A DNA stretch of 64,000 bases, from the NCBI GenBank assembly GCA_015059195.1, contig SVAW01000001.1:81575-145574 (forward strand), read 5' to 3'. Below are positions 27,365 through 37,102 of this stretch, in pieces. The translations under genes were made by a program, and so were the position numbers. A model generated the notes under the pieces. That model worked only from the letters and a program-made list of their open reading frames with translations. It made no database searches and had not been told where the DNA came from. This DNA is from Bacillota bacterium (GTDB lineage Bacteria > Bacillota_I > Bacilli_A > RF39 > UBA660). Within the stretch, counting starts at the first letter, position 1; every line of letters begins with the position of its first letter.

Positions 27365-28651
27365 ATGATAGATATTAATTTAATTAGAGAAAATAAGGAT
27401 TTAGTAAAAGAAAATATTAAAAAGAAATTTCAAGATAACAAATTACCTTTAGTAGATGAAATATTGGAATTAGATAAACAATATCGTGAAGCAAAACAAA
27501 AGGGAGATAATTTGCGTGCGTTAAAAAATAACAAAAGTGCGGAAATTGGGCTTTTAATGCGTGAAGGAAAAAAAGAAGAGGCAGAAAAAGTAAAATCAGA
27601 AATTGCTGGGTATGCCAACGAAATGAATGAATTAGAATTAGTAGAAGAAAAGTTAAGCACACAAATCAAGGAAAAGATGATGGTGATACCAAATATTATT
27701 GATGATTCTGTTCCTATTGGAAAAGATGACAACGAAAATGTTGAAATCGAAAAATTTGGAGATCCTGTAGTGCCTAATTATGAAATACCATACCATGCCG
27801 ATATTTTAGAAAAACTAAATGGTTTAGATAAGGTAAGCGCGGGAAGAACAAGTGGAAATGGATTCTATTATTTAATGGGAGATATCGCTAGACTTCATTC
27901 TGCAATGATAAGTTATGCTAGAGACTTTATGATTGATAAAGGTTTTACTTACTGCGTTCCACCTTTTATGATTAGAAGTGATGTTGTTACTGGAGTTATG
28001 TCATTTGAGGAAATGGATGCGATGATGTATAAAATCGAAAATGAAGATTTATATTTAATTGGTACGAGTGAACATTCAATGATAGGAAAGTTTAAAGATC
28101 AAATTATTAAAGAAAGCGAATTACCACTAAATTTAACTTCATATTCGCCTTGTTTTAGAAAAGAAGTAGGTGCTCATGGTATTGAAGAAAGAGGAATATA
28201 TCGTGTTCACCAATTCGAAAAACAGGAAATGGTTGTACTTTGTAAACCAGAAGATAGTATGGATTGGTATCACAAAATGTGGAGTTATACTGTGGAATTT
28301 TTTAGAAGTTTAGATGTTCCAGTACGAACATTAGAATGTTGTAGTGGAGATTTGGCTGATTTAAAGGTTAAATCTTGCGATATAGAAGCATGGAGCCCAA
28401 GACAACAAAAATACTTTGAAGTAGGTTCTTGTTCTACATTAGGGGATGCTCAAGCAAGACGGCTAGGAATACGTGCTAAGGGTGATATAGGTAACTACTA
28501 TTTACATACTTTAAATAATACAGTGTTAGCAACTCCTCGTGGAATGATTGCAGTAATTGAAAATAATTATAATGAAGATGGAAGTATTAATGTTCCACAA
28601 GCTTTAAGACCATATATGGGTGGAAAAGAAATTATCGAACCCCAAAAATAA
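27365..28651 (+). CDS. serS: Seryl-tRNA synthetase
   Basis: N-terminal coiled-coil arm and class II core motifs. ATG 27365 after AGGAGG is preferred over the track start at 27332. Confidence 0.9.
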   Translation: MIDINLIRENKDLVKENIKKKFQDNKLPLVDEILELDKQYREAKQKGDNLRALKNNKSAEIGLLMREGKKEEAEKVKSEIAGYANEMNELELVEEKLSTQIKEKMMVIPNIIDDSVPIGKDDNENVEIEKFGDPVVPNYEIPYHADILEKLNGLDKVSAGRTSGNGFYYLMGDIARLHSAMISYARDFMIDKGFTYCVPPFMIRSDVVTGVMSFEEMDAMMYKIENEDLYLIGTSEHSMIGKFKDQIIKESELPLNLTSYSPCFRKEVGAHGIEERGIYRVHQFEKQEMVVLCKPEDSMDWYHKMWSYTVEFFRSLDVPVRTLECCSGDLADLKVKSCDIEAWSPRQQKYFEVGSCSTLGDAQARRLGIRAKGDIGNYYLHTLNNTVLATPRGMIAVIENNYNEDGSINVPQALRPYMGGKEIIEPQK

Positions 28652-28675
28652 AGAATTTGTGTAAGGAGTGAAAGT

Positions 28676-29587
28676 ATGAATAAAAAAGAATTTTTAACAG
28701 AAGAAAATTATGAAAAAAGTAAAAAGAAAATAAGTAAGATGGCTTTAATTATATTAATCATAGGTATTTTACTTGGTGGGAGCTTAATTGTAGCTGGTTT
28801 AGTTAAACGATCTCAAACTAATAATAAATATTCAGAGGAGAGTAAAAATGCTAAAATAGAACAATTAACTGCTCAAAAAGAGCAAATCTCAGATGAAGTA
28901 GATTCAGAAAAACAAAACCTTATTACTGCTAAAACAACATTAGAAAATAAAATTAAACCTGTTGAAGATCAAATTAAAAAATTAGAAAGAGAGCCTTTTA
29001 CAGGATTTAATGATGCATATTATGAAAGAGAAGATAAAATAGACGCATTAGAAGAAAGTATTAAAGCCGATAAAAAAAATATTGGAGTTATTGATGATGC
29101 GTTAGACGAAAGTTTTAATCATTGTAATTTTTATGAAGCTAAAAATAATGTATATACATCTAAATATTGTTCTTTAAAAAAACAATTAGAACAAAAAACA
29201 TCAGAAATATATAATGTAGAAAATGATTTTTCTGATTTTAAGAAAGAGTTTGAGTCTCATGATGCAGTACCATTTTTTATGTTTGGAACATTTATAATAA
29301 TTGCAAGTGGAATGATTGCTTTTGCAATATTTATGTTTACAAAGCGAAGAGAAATGCTTGCTTTTACAGCTCAACAAATTATGCCTGTTGCTCAAGAAGG
29401 AATTGAAAAGATGGCACCAACTATCGGTAGTGCCATGGGTACAGTTGGTAAAGAACTTGCTAAGGGCATGAAAGATGGACTGGAAACGATGACTCCGGCT
29501 ATTGGTAATGCAATGGGAACTATGGGAAAAGAAATTGCGAAAGGAATTAAAGAAGGTCTTAACGAGGCTGAGAATAATAAAGAGTAG
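28676..29587 (+). CDS. Membrane protein with coiled-coil ectodomain, unknown function
   Basis: Two TM helices, a coiled-coil-like middle and a duplicated MxPxIGxAMGTxGKExAKG C-terminal repeat. Confidence 0.4.
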   Translation: MNKKEFLTEENYEKSKKKISKMALIILIIGILLGGSLIVAGLVKRSQTNNKYSEESKNAKIEQLTAQKEQISDEVDSEKQNLITAKTTLENKIKPVEDQIKKLEREPFTGFNDAYYEREDKIDALEESIKADKKNIGVIDDALDESFNHCNFYEAKNNVYTSKYCSLKKQLEQKTSEIYNVENDFSDFKKEFESHDAVPFFMFGTFIIIASGMIAFAIFMFTKRREMLAFTAQQIMPVAQEGIEKMAPTIGSAMGTVGKELAKGMKDGLETMTPAIGNAMGTMGKEIAKGIKEGLNEAENNKE

Positions 29588-29696
29588 TTTCAAAACTTTT
29601 GATTAAACAGGTAGATAAGGTACAACTTGTCTACTTTTTTAATATAAAACATTATAAACTATAAAGATATGATATAATAGTTGGGAAGGTGAAATT

Positions 29697-30431
29697 ATGC
29701 GAATAGGTGTATTTGATTCTGGTATTGGTGGATTAACGGTTCTAAAGGAACTTAGAAAGTATCATAAGGACCAAGAATATATATATTTTGGTGATACTAA
29801 AAATCTACCATATGGAACTAAGAGTAAGGAAGAATTATTTGAAGTAGTTTGTAAAGTAATAGATTTTTTAATATCAAAAGATGTAAAAATAATATTTATA
29901 GCATGCGGAACTGTTAGTTCTACAATATATCAAGAATTGTGCAATAAATATTCAGTTCCAATTGTAAGCATTATTGATGCTACTATTGCGGAACTAAAAA
30001 GACAAGAGATTAAGGATGTCGCTATTTTAGCAACCCCTGCTACTATAAATAGTCATGTGTTTAAAAAGAAATTGGCAGATGTAAATGTTTTAGAAATATC
30101 TTGTTCGAAGTTTGTACCAATTATTGAGAATAAAATAGATTCGAAATTCAAGAAATTATATGTAGAGCAATATTTAAAAGATGTAAAAAAAGAAAGAATT
30201 AAGCATGTTGTTTTAGGATGTACTCATTATCCTTTATTAGAAACAGATATAAAAGCGTATCTGGGTGAGGTTAATTGTTATAATATGGGAACCATTTTGG
30301 CTTATAGCACCTATCTAAAACCAGCTAAAGAAGGCCTTGAAGTTTATTTTAGCCATAATTATGAAGGGTTAAATGAAAAAGCCAATACTATTTTAGAAGA
30401 GAAAATTAATATATTAGAACAAGAAATATAG
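29697..30431 (+). CDS. murI: Glutamate racemase
   Basis: IGVFDSGIGGLTV, ACGT and GCTHYP motifs. Confidence 0.85.
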   Translation: MRIGVFDSGIGGLTVLKELRKYHKDQEYIYFGDTKNLPYGTKSKEELFEVVCKVIDFLISKDVKIIFIACGTVSSTIYQELCNKYSVPIVSIIDATIAELKRQEIKDVAILATPATINSHVFKKKLADVNVLEISCSKFVPIIENKIDSKFKKLYVEQYLKDVKKERIKHVVLGCTHYPLLETDIKAYLGEVNCYNMGTILAYSTYLKPAKEGLEVYFSHNYEGLNEKANTILEEKINILEQEI

Positions 30432-30441
30432 GGGTGATTTT

Positions 30442-31260
30442 ATGCCAGAACTACCAGAAGTAGAAACCGTAAAGAATGCATTAAAAAGATTAGTACTAAA
30501 TAAGAAAATATTAAGTGTAGATGTATACCACAATAATATTATTGCTTATCCCTCAGTAGAGGAGTTTAAAGAAAAATTACAAAATCAAACTATAAACGAT
30601 ATAACTAGACGAGGGAAATGGTTAATATTTGCTTTAGACGATTATTTTTTAGTTAGTCATTTAAGAATGGAAGGAAAATATTTTCTAAAAGAAAAAAACG
30701 AAGAACTTATTAAACATGAGCACGTTGTCTTTAAATTTAATGATAATGAGTTAAGATATCATGATACCCGCAAATTCGGAAAAATGTATTTAATAGATAA
30801 AGATAAGCTTGAAACATCTAAACCAATTAATGAACTTGGATTAGAACCCTGGGACAGCAATTTAACTAGTTCTTATTTACAGGAAAAGTATTCTAATAAA
30901 AATATTCCAATCAAGACAATTTTGTTAGATCAATCCATTATCACGGGAATTGGAAATATCTATGCAGATGAAATTTTATTTAAGAGTAAGTTAAACCCAT
31001 TAGCTAAGCCCAAAGATTTAAAAGATAATGAACTAAATGATATTATTAAATATACTAGGGAAACACTAGAGGAAGCTATTAAAATGGGTGGAACTACAAT
31101 TAAAAGCTATCAATCTGAAAATGGCGTTCACGGGTTGTTTCAAACAAAATTATTAGTTCATTCTCATGCAGGTGAAGAATGCCTTATATGTGGGACTGAA
31201 ATAATTAAAATCGTGGTGAATGGAAGAGGAACATATTACTGTAAGAAATGTCAAAAATAA
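30442..31260 (+). CDS. mutM: Formamidopyrimidine-DNA glycosylase
   Basis: MPELPEVE N-terminus and C-terminal zinc finger CxxC...CxxC. Confidence 0.9.
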   Translation: MPELPEVETVKNALKRLVLNKKILSVDVYHNNIIAYPSVEEFKEKLQNQTINDITRRGKWLIFALDDYFLVSHLRMEGKYFLKEKNEELIKHEHVVFKFNDNELRYHDTRKFGKMYLIDKDKLETSKPINELGLEPWDSNLTSSYLQEKYSNKNIPIKTILLDQSIITGIGNIYADEILFKSKLNPLAKPKDLKDNELNDIIKYTRETLEEAIKMGGTTIKSYQSENGVHGLFQTKLLVHSHAGEECLICGTEIIKIVVNGRGTYYCKKCQK

Positions 31261-31276
31261 AAGAAGATTATTGGCT

Positions 31277-32419
31277 TTAATCTTCTTTTATTATTGGTTT
31301 TTCTAATTTATCTTTAAAATTATTGTCAGTAATTAAATCATATATATTGCTTATTTTGTGCTCCAAATTTAACATTGGATTATCAAATGATTTACAGTTA
31401 GTTATAACAGGAATGGAAAAGTTGTTTTTGTTTTTATTTAAATAATTTTGCCCATTTTTATTAAAACCCAACACACGAATATATTCAATTTCTTTCATTC
31501 TAGCCGCATCTGCTTTAGTAAATGAACACAAGATATGAATAAGCATTCTTGAAATTTTATTATATGTGTATCGTTTAGTTTTAATTGATAATATTAATTC
31601 TTCTAATGAAGAGCACTTATCAATATTTTTAAGAATCCTATTTTCAATACCTTCATCTACTGTTTGATAGATACTTAAGTTATTATCACTTATAATTTTA
31701 TATTTTAATAATTCTAAAAGTTTACCTTGATAATTATTTTTATTTACATATTTACTTACATAATTAGGAATAAAATTATCAATATTTTCATTATGATTAA
31801 TTAGGTTTCTAATTGCTGAGGCACTGATAATGTTGGAATTTATATTTAAATTATGATAACTATTTGTTCTTTTTATAGTGATAGGTTTAATATTGAAGTT
31901 ATTTTTTTTAATTTCTCTTACATAACTTAAACCTAATAGGTCATTAGGCTCACTGATTGTAATCTGGGATATTTGATGAAGTGCTTTGGATAAAGCAGTG
32001 GGGTAATTAACTCCATCTTGTAAATACATATTTACTAAAGTGTTATACTCACTGTTATTTAACTGAATATTGGCTAACTCATTTAAAATTTCTATATTAT
32101 TCGATTCACTTCCAAATACTAAGTACTCACATTTCATGTGTTCAAGTAGTTGAACTGCACCCTTAGCAAACATATCAGCAGATTGAGTAGCAAAAGGAAA
32201 TGGCAATTCTATAACCAAATCTATTCCTGCTTCTAATGCAATTTGAGTTTTATCCCATTTATTAATAACGCTGATTTCACCACGTTCTGTAAAAGAGGGG
32301 CTTACAACCAAAATAATTAGATGCTTAGGGAACATTTCTTTTATCTTCTGCAAATGAAATAGATGACCATTATGAAATGGATTATATTCACAAATTATTC
32401 CAACACTTTTCATCATCAC
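31277..32419 (-). CDS. tmcAL: tRNA(Met) cytidine acetate ligase (YlbM/TmcAL family nucleotidyltransferase)
   Basis: GIICEYNPFHNGHLFH motif. Confidence 0.75.
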   Translation of the reverse strand: MMMKSVGIICEYNPFHNGHLFHLQKIKEMFPKHLIILVVSPSFTERGEISVINKWDKTQIALEAGIDLVIELPFPFATQSADMFAKGAVQLLEHMKCEYLVFGSESNNIEILNELANIQLNNSEYNTLVNMYLQDGVNYPTALSKALHQISQITISEPNDLLGLSYVREIKKNNFNIKPITIKRTNSYHNLNINSNIISASAIRNLINHNENIDNFIPNYVSKYVNKNNYQGKLLELLKYKIISDNNLSIYQTVDEGIENRILKNIDKCSSLEELILSIKTKRYTYNKISRMLIHILCSFTKADAARMKEIEYIRVLGFNKNGQNYLNKNKNNFSIPVITNCKSFDNPMLNLEHKISNIYDLITDNNFKDKLEKPIIKED

Positions 32420-32523
32420 GCCTCCGTTTGATATATAATAACATATTTTTTAAATATTTACTATAAATAAACATTTGCAAAATTATTATATCTTATGTAT
32501 AATGTACATGTTGGTGATATACT

Positions 32524-33009
32524 ATGGAATTTAATTTGTTAAGACTTAAAAACAATTTGGAGAAATATATTAATATTGATTTAACACATTCTTTTACTGA
32601 AGATGAGTTGGAAGGAACAGGGCTTCTTAGTTTAAATAATGTGATGATTAAAGGTGAAATCACAAAAAACGCAATGGATGATATAATGCTTCATTTAGTT
32701 GTTGAAGGTGTTATGGACCTTCCTTGCGCAATAACATTAGTGCCTGTAAGTCATGCTTTTAAGGTCGAAATTGATGGAAGTAGAGATGAATTAATGGATG
32801 AACAGGCGGAAAATGTAAAAAAAGATGAAAATATACTTGATATTTTACCAATAATATGGGAAAATATATTAATGGAAATTCCCATGAGAGTTGTGAGCCC
32901 GGGAGCAGAAGAGAAACTTACCAATTTACAAGGTGAAGGTTGGAAGGTTATCACTGAGGAAGAAAAAGACATCAATCCTGAATTGGCTAAGTTAAAAGAT
33001 TTATTGTAA
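32524..33009 (+). CDS. YceD/DUF177 family protein
   Basis: Acidic ~160-aa protein immediately upstream of rpmF, a conserved pairing. Confidence 0.7.
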   Translation: MEFNLLRLKNNLEKYINIDLTHSFTEDELEGTGLLSLNNVMIKGEITKNAMDDIMLHLVVEGVMDLPCAITLVPVSHAFKVEIDGSRDELMDEQAENVKKDENILDILPIIWENILMEIPMRVVSPGAEEKLTNLQGEGWKVITEEEKDINPELAKLKDLL

Positions 33010-33024
33010 GAAAGAGGTGGAATC

Positions 33025-33216
33025 ATGGCTGTACCATTTAGAAAAGTAAGTAAAACTAGAGGAAGAATGAGAAGAACTCATTATAAAATAAGTGCTAATG
33101 AAACAACTAAATGTCCAAAATGTGGTGCTGATGTAAGACCACATCGTGTATGTCCAGAATGTGGATCATATAAGGGAAAAGAAGTTGTAAAGACTACTGA
33201 AGAAACAACTAAATAG
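33025..33216 (+). CDS. rpmF: 50S ribosomal protein L32 (Zn-ribbon form)
   Basis: [17 protein letters not shown] plus CPKCG...CPECG. Confidence 0.9.
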   Translation: MAVPFRKVSKTRGRMRRTHYKISANETTKCPKCGADVRPHRVCPECGSYKGKEVVKTTEETTK

Positions 33217-33260
33217 TTGTTTTTTTTGTTGTATGTTGTTATAATTATGATGGTGATAGT

Positions 33261-34190
33261 ATGAAAAATAAAGGCTTTACTTTAGTAGAACTACTTGCAG
33301 TTTTAGTTCTTATTTCTGCAATAATATTAATTGTTGTTCCAAGTATTATTAATTATGTAAATGAAAGTAAGGATAATATTAGTGAAGCGACAGCACAAAT
33401 ACTTTATTCTGGTGCGCAGTTATATGTAGATGCTAATCCAGACAAGTTTTCAAAAGTTGAAGGAAGACAAATTTGTGTAACGCTAGAAGAAATAGTTGCT
33501 TTAAACTATTTGACAGAACCAATAGTTGATAGTATAAGTGGTGAGGAGATAGATTTAGAAACTGCAATAACGATTACTTATACATATGACAAAAATTTGC
33601 AGTATTTAAAACCAGAATATGATGTTTCTGATTCTTGTAAACTTTGTACATTAGTAAATGGCGCGTTTAATGAAGTTGGTTCAAAATATACTTGCGACTT
33701 AGGAGATGGAGATAGAACATTTTATGTATTAGAAGCAGGAACAAGTAGTAAATCAGCAACATTAATACTATATGGGAATTATGATACAATGACTTTGGCG
33801 TGGTGTGACCAGAATGGAGATAATCCGAAAAACAATTCGTGTCATGCAGATGGCTTAGAACTAAAATTAGATGAAATAGCATTAGCTTGGAACAAATTAG
33901 GTAGAAGCCAAATAGGATTACCAAGCATGGAGCAAATTATGGTGGCAGATGGAAGAGGCGAAAATGATTATGAAGGAGGGCAACTGCAGCTAAGTAACAA
34001 ATTTTTATATAGTGGTTATCCGACAACCGATACAACAACACAGGGTTATTGGACATCTACAGGCAGTCCCACTAATGCCTATTATGCACTGCTTTTAAAT
34101 CGCTATGGCAAAACTGCCTCAAATTATGTATATGCAAATCATCTTTATGGCATTCGCCCAGTAATTTATTTAGATTTAAAACAAATATAA
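33261..34190 (+). CDS. Chimeric pilin: small-pilin body fused to the shared DUF1566/FISUMP-like C-terminal module (paralogue P3)
   Basis: MKNKG|FTLVELLAVLVLISAI. Residues ~1-125 resemble the small pilins at 7229, 50707 and 51117. The rest carries TCDLGDGDRTFYVLEAGTSSKS, IGLPSMEQIM, GYWTST and YGIRPV. It has an ordinary promoter region and no leader cassette. Confidence 0.85.
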   Translation: MKNKGFTLVELLAVLVLISAIILIVVPSIINYVNESKDNISEATAQILYSGAQLYVDANPDKFSKVEGRQICVTLEEIVALNYLTEPIVDSISGEEIDLETAITITYTYDKNLQYLKPEYDVSDSCKLCTLVNGAFNEVGSKYTCDLGDGDRTFYVLEAGTSSKSATLILYGNYDTMTLAWCDQNGDNPKNNSCHADGLELKLDEIALAWNKLGRSQIGLPSMEQIMVADGRGENDYEGGQLQLSNKFLYSGYPTTDTTTQGYWTSTGSPTNAYYALLLNRYGKTASNYVYANHLYGIRPVIYLDLKQI

Positions 34191-34214
34191 CGAATGCAGT
34201 AGCATTCGTTTTTT
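34190..34214. terminator. Bidirectional terminator between P3 and the ftsW/rodA-type gene
   Basis: acgaatgc-agta-gcattcgt followed by a T-run. It lies between convergent genes. Confidence 0.8.
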
Positions 34215-35352
34215 AGTTAGTAAATCTAATTAATTCATTTGATATATTAAAAACTATGCCAAGCATGATCATATAGCTAATCAAGCTAGAACCACCATAG
34301 CTAATAAATGGTAGAGTAATGCCCGTAATCGGCATTAATCCTATAGTCATTCCAATATTTTGGAACTGTTGATAGATTAGCATCCCCACAATACCACTGA
34401 TAATATATTTATTTCTGTTGGAATTAGTTTTAATAGCCAAAAATATTAATTTGATATCAAAATATGCGATTAATATGAGTAATATAATTGAACCTAGAAA
34501 TCCAGTATTGTTGCTATAGACTGCAAAGATAAAATCTGTCTGTGGTTCAGGAAAGTATATTGGTGTATTAGTAAAACCCAAACCCAATATTCCTCCAGAA
34601 CCAATAGAGGCCATTCCGTGTTCTAATTGATATCCGGAAGCACTTGACCAATCTAGAATGCGGTCTATTCTTAAAAAAAAGCTTGTGCCAAATATTTTAA
34701 CAAATAATTCCTCATTTAAAAAATATATTATTAATATGCCTCCAATTAAAATAAAAGCTAGAGAAAAACAAATAATAAACCACCTATATCTGATACCTGA
34801 AACAAAAAGCATTGTTAGTGTTGTTAGCAGATAGATTAAAACTACACCAGTATCCGGTTGTAGGAAAGTTAATAAGCTTGGTATTAGTACTACTATCATT
34901 ACTTTAAATAAAAAAAGGAATTCTTGTTTAATACTCGGATTTGGGTCTTTTTCATGAAACTTTTGGATTAATGATCCTAATGTGATTATTAAAATGATTT
35001 TCATAAATTCACTGGGCTGGAAAGCACCAATTCCAGGAATTGTAAACCAACATTTCGCTTCATTAATTGGTTCTGCAAAAATTAGTAATCCAATTAATGA
35101 TAATATACCAATAATATATAATATCCATATATGTTTGTATATATATTCATTACCTATATACATAATAAAGAAAATTGTTAAAAAACCAATTCCATACCAC
35201 ATAATTTGTTTCAATACTAAATTATTCATGTAACTTGGCAATAAATTTTGGGCACTATAAATACTTAAAACACTGATTAAGAAAAACGATATTATACAAA
35301 AAAGTAATTCTCCATTTATTTTATATTTTGATATTTTTTTCATTAATATCAC
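34213..35352 (-). CDS. FtsW/RodA/SpoVE family peptidoglycan polymerase
   Basis: Polytopic SEDS protein (QPSEFMKI, FISYGGSS motifs). Confidence 0.8.
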   Translation of the reverse strand: MILMKKISKYKINGELLFCIISFFLISVLSIYSAQNLLPSYMNNLVLKQIMWYGIGFLTIFFIMYIGNEYIYKHIWILYIIGILSLIGLLIFAEPINEAKCWFTIPGIGAFQPSEFMKIILIITLGSLIQKFHEKDPNPSIKQEFLFLFKVMIVVLIPSLLTFLQPDTGVVLIYLLTTLTMLFVSGIRYRWFIICFSLAFILIGGILIIYFLNEELFVKIFGTSFFLRIDRILDWSSASGYQLEHGMASIGSGGILGLGFTNTPIYFPEPQTDFIFAVYSNNTGFLGSIILLILIAYFDIKLIFLAIKTNSNRNKYIISGIVGMLIYQQFQNIGMTIGLMPITGITLPFISYGGSSLISYMIMLGIVFNISNELIRFTN

Positions 35353-35461
35353 CCGTTATTATCTTGTACTAAAGTTTTGATTATATAATAAATGTTAATT
35401 TATTATATAAAGTAATAGTAAAATGTTTCTATTTATAGTATAATATTGGTAGGTGATAAAA

Positions 35462-35776
35462 ATGCAATATATAGAGTATTTAATAATAATTGTTATTTTA
35501 CTTATCGTGGCTCTTTCTATTACAAAAACAAAAAAGAAAGATTACAAGATTGAAGTAAATAAATTAGTGGATTATTTAGGTGGCAAGAAAAACATTATTG
35601 ATTATGAGTTTAATAAATCCAGATTTGTTGTAAGATTGGAAAATGTAGAATTAGTCAATAAAGAAGCAATACAAAAGATGGGTGCTCAAGGAATTGTTGA
35701 AATTGATAATCAGCTAAAAATTATTTTAGGACCAGACGCTAAACAAATAAAAAAATATATAAACGATTTAAAGTGA
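35462..35776 (+). CDS. Membrane-anchored PTS EIIB-like domain lacking the phospho-Cys
   Basis: LVDYLGGKKNIIDYEFNKSRFVVRL aligns to the EIIB(Glc) motif, but the Cys position is not Cys. N-terminal TM helix. A terminator lies at 35771-35797. Confidence 0.5.
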   Translation: MQYIEYLIIIVILLIVALSITKTKKKDYKIEVNKLVDYLGGKKNIIDYEFNKSRFVVRLENVELVNKEAIQKMGAQGIVEIDNQLKIILGPDAKQIKKYINDLK

Positions 35777-35853
35777 AAAAATTCACTTTTTTTCTTTTTT
35801 CGACAAAATACGACATGCGAATTTGGTATATTATTGTCGAAAGGGGAGGAAAT

Positions 35854-37101
35854 ATGAATTTTTTTGAAACATTAATATTAAATACGATCTATATATTGTT
35901 CCCATTAATACTGTATTTATTTTATTTCGCACATAATAAAGCATTTGAAAAAGATGTGCAGAATATTGTGCTTGATTTTTGCTTATTAACATCTTTTTAT
36001 TTAGTAAGTAGGTTTGGATGTTTATCTGATATACAAATGTCAGTTTTAATTTTTAATATCCCATTATTAATTGCCTATTTATACAAAAGAGATTTGAGTA
36101 TTATAATTCTATCACTATGTATTGTGGTTTATTATCACAAATTTAATCCTAGCTTTTATATATACACTTTAATTGAATATTTTATTTATTATTTGATTTA
36201 TCTAAAAACTTTTAAAAAAAATAGCAATTATAATTTATTCACACTTTTATTTATTATTTTAAAAGTTATTTCAACCGCCATATTCATTTTTTTACTAAAA
36301 GTAGATAATCTATATTTAGAAATAGGGATATCACAAGTATTAATTTACCTAGTTTTATATGTTTTTTTAAATATATTAGTTATTTTTATTTTAAAAAAGG
36401 GCGAACAAATAGTTAAACTAGAAATGACCTTAAAAGAACTTCAAAAAGAAAAGCAGGTGAGGATGTCGTTATTTAAAATCACGCATGAAATAAAAAATCC
36501 TATTGCGGTGTGCAAAGGCTATTTAGATATGTTTGACATTAACAATGAGAAACACAGTAGAAAGTATATTCCTATTATTAGATCAGAAATCAATAGGACG
36601 TTACTATTATTACAAGATTTTCTCGACTACAATCATTTAAAGATTAATAAAGAAATTTTAGATATTAATCTTTTATTACAAGATGTAGAGGATGAATGCA
36701 CACCATTATTAGAAAATAAAAAAATTAATTATATTTCTAATATAGATGAAGAAGAATTATACATAGAGGGAGATTATGAAAGACTAAAGCAAGTTTTTAT
36801 TAATATCGTAAAAAATAGTGTAGAAGCTATAGTCCCTAAAGATGATAGTTATATTGAAATTACTACATTTGTAGATAAAAGTTATATTCATATTATTATA
36901 GAGGATAATGGTTCAGGAATATCTAAGGAAGATTTGAATAAAATAAAAGAACCATTCTATACCACTAAACAAAATGGCACAGGATTAGGAATAACTTTAT
37001 CAACAGAAATAATTGAAGCACATAACGGAAAAATCATTTATTCATCAGAGTATGAGAGTTGGACTAAAGTAGAGGTAATATTACCATTAAAAAACAGCTA
37101 A
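35854..37101 (+). CDS. Sensor histidine kinase with polytopic N-terminal domain (sporulation-kinase-like)
   Basis: H-box THEIKNPIAV, N-box and G-boxes (DNGSGI, GTGLGI). ATG 35854 lies after GGGGAGG. Confidence 0.8.
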   Translation: MNFFETLILNTIYILFPLILYLFYFAHNKAFEKDVQNIVLDFCLLTSFYLVSRFGCLSDIQMSVLIFNIPLLIAYLYKRDLSIIILSLCIVVYYHKFNPSFYIYTLIEYFIYYLIYLKTFKKNSNYNLFTLLFIILKVISTAIFIFLLKVDNLYLEIGISQVLIYLVLYVFLNILVIFILKKGEQIVKLEMTLKELQKEKQVRMSLFKITHEIKNPIAVCKGYLDMFDINNEKHSRKYIPIIRSEINRTLLLLQDFLDYNHLKINKEILDINLLLQDVEDECTPLLENKKINYISNIDEEELYIEGDYERLKQVFINIVKNSVEAIVPKDDSYIEITTFVDKSYIHIIIEDNGSGISKEDLNKIKEPFYTTKQNGTGLGITLSTEIIEAHNGKIIYSSEYESWTKVEVILPLKNS

Positions 37102-37102
37102 A

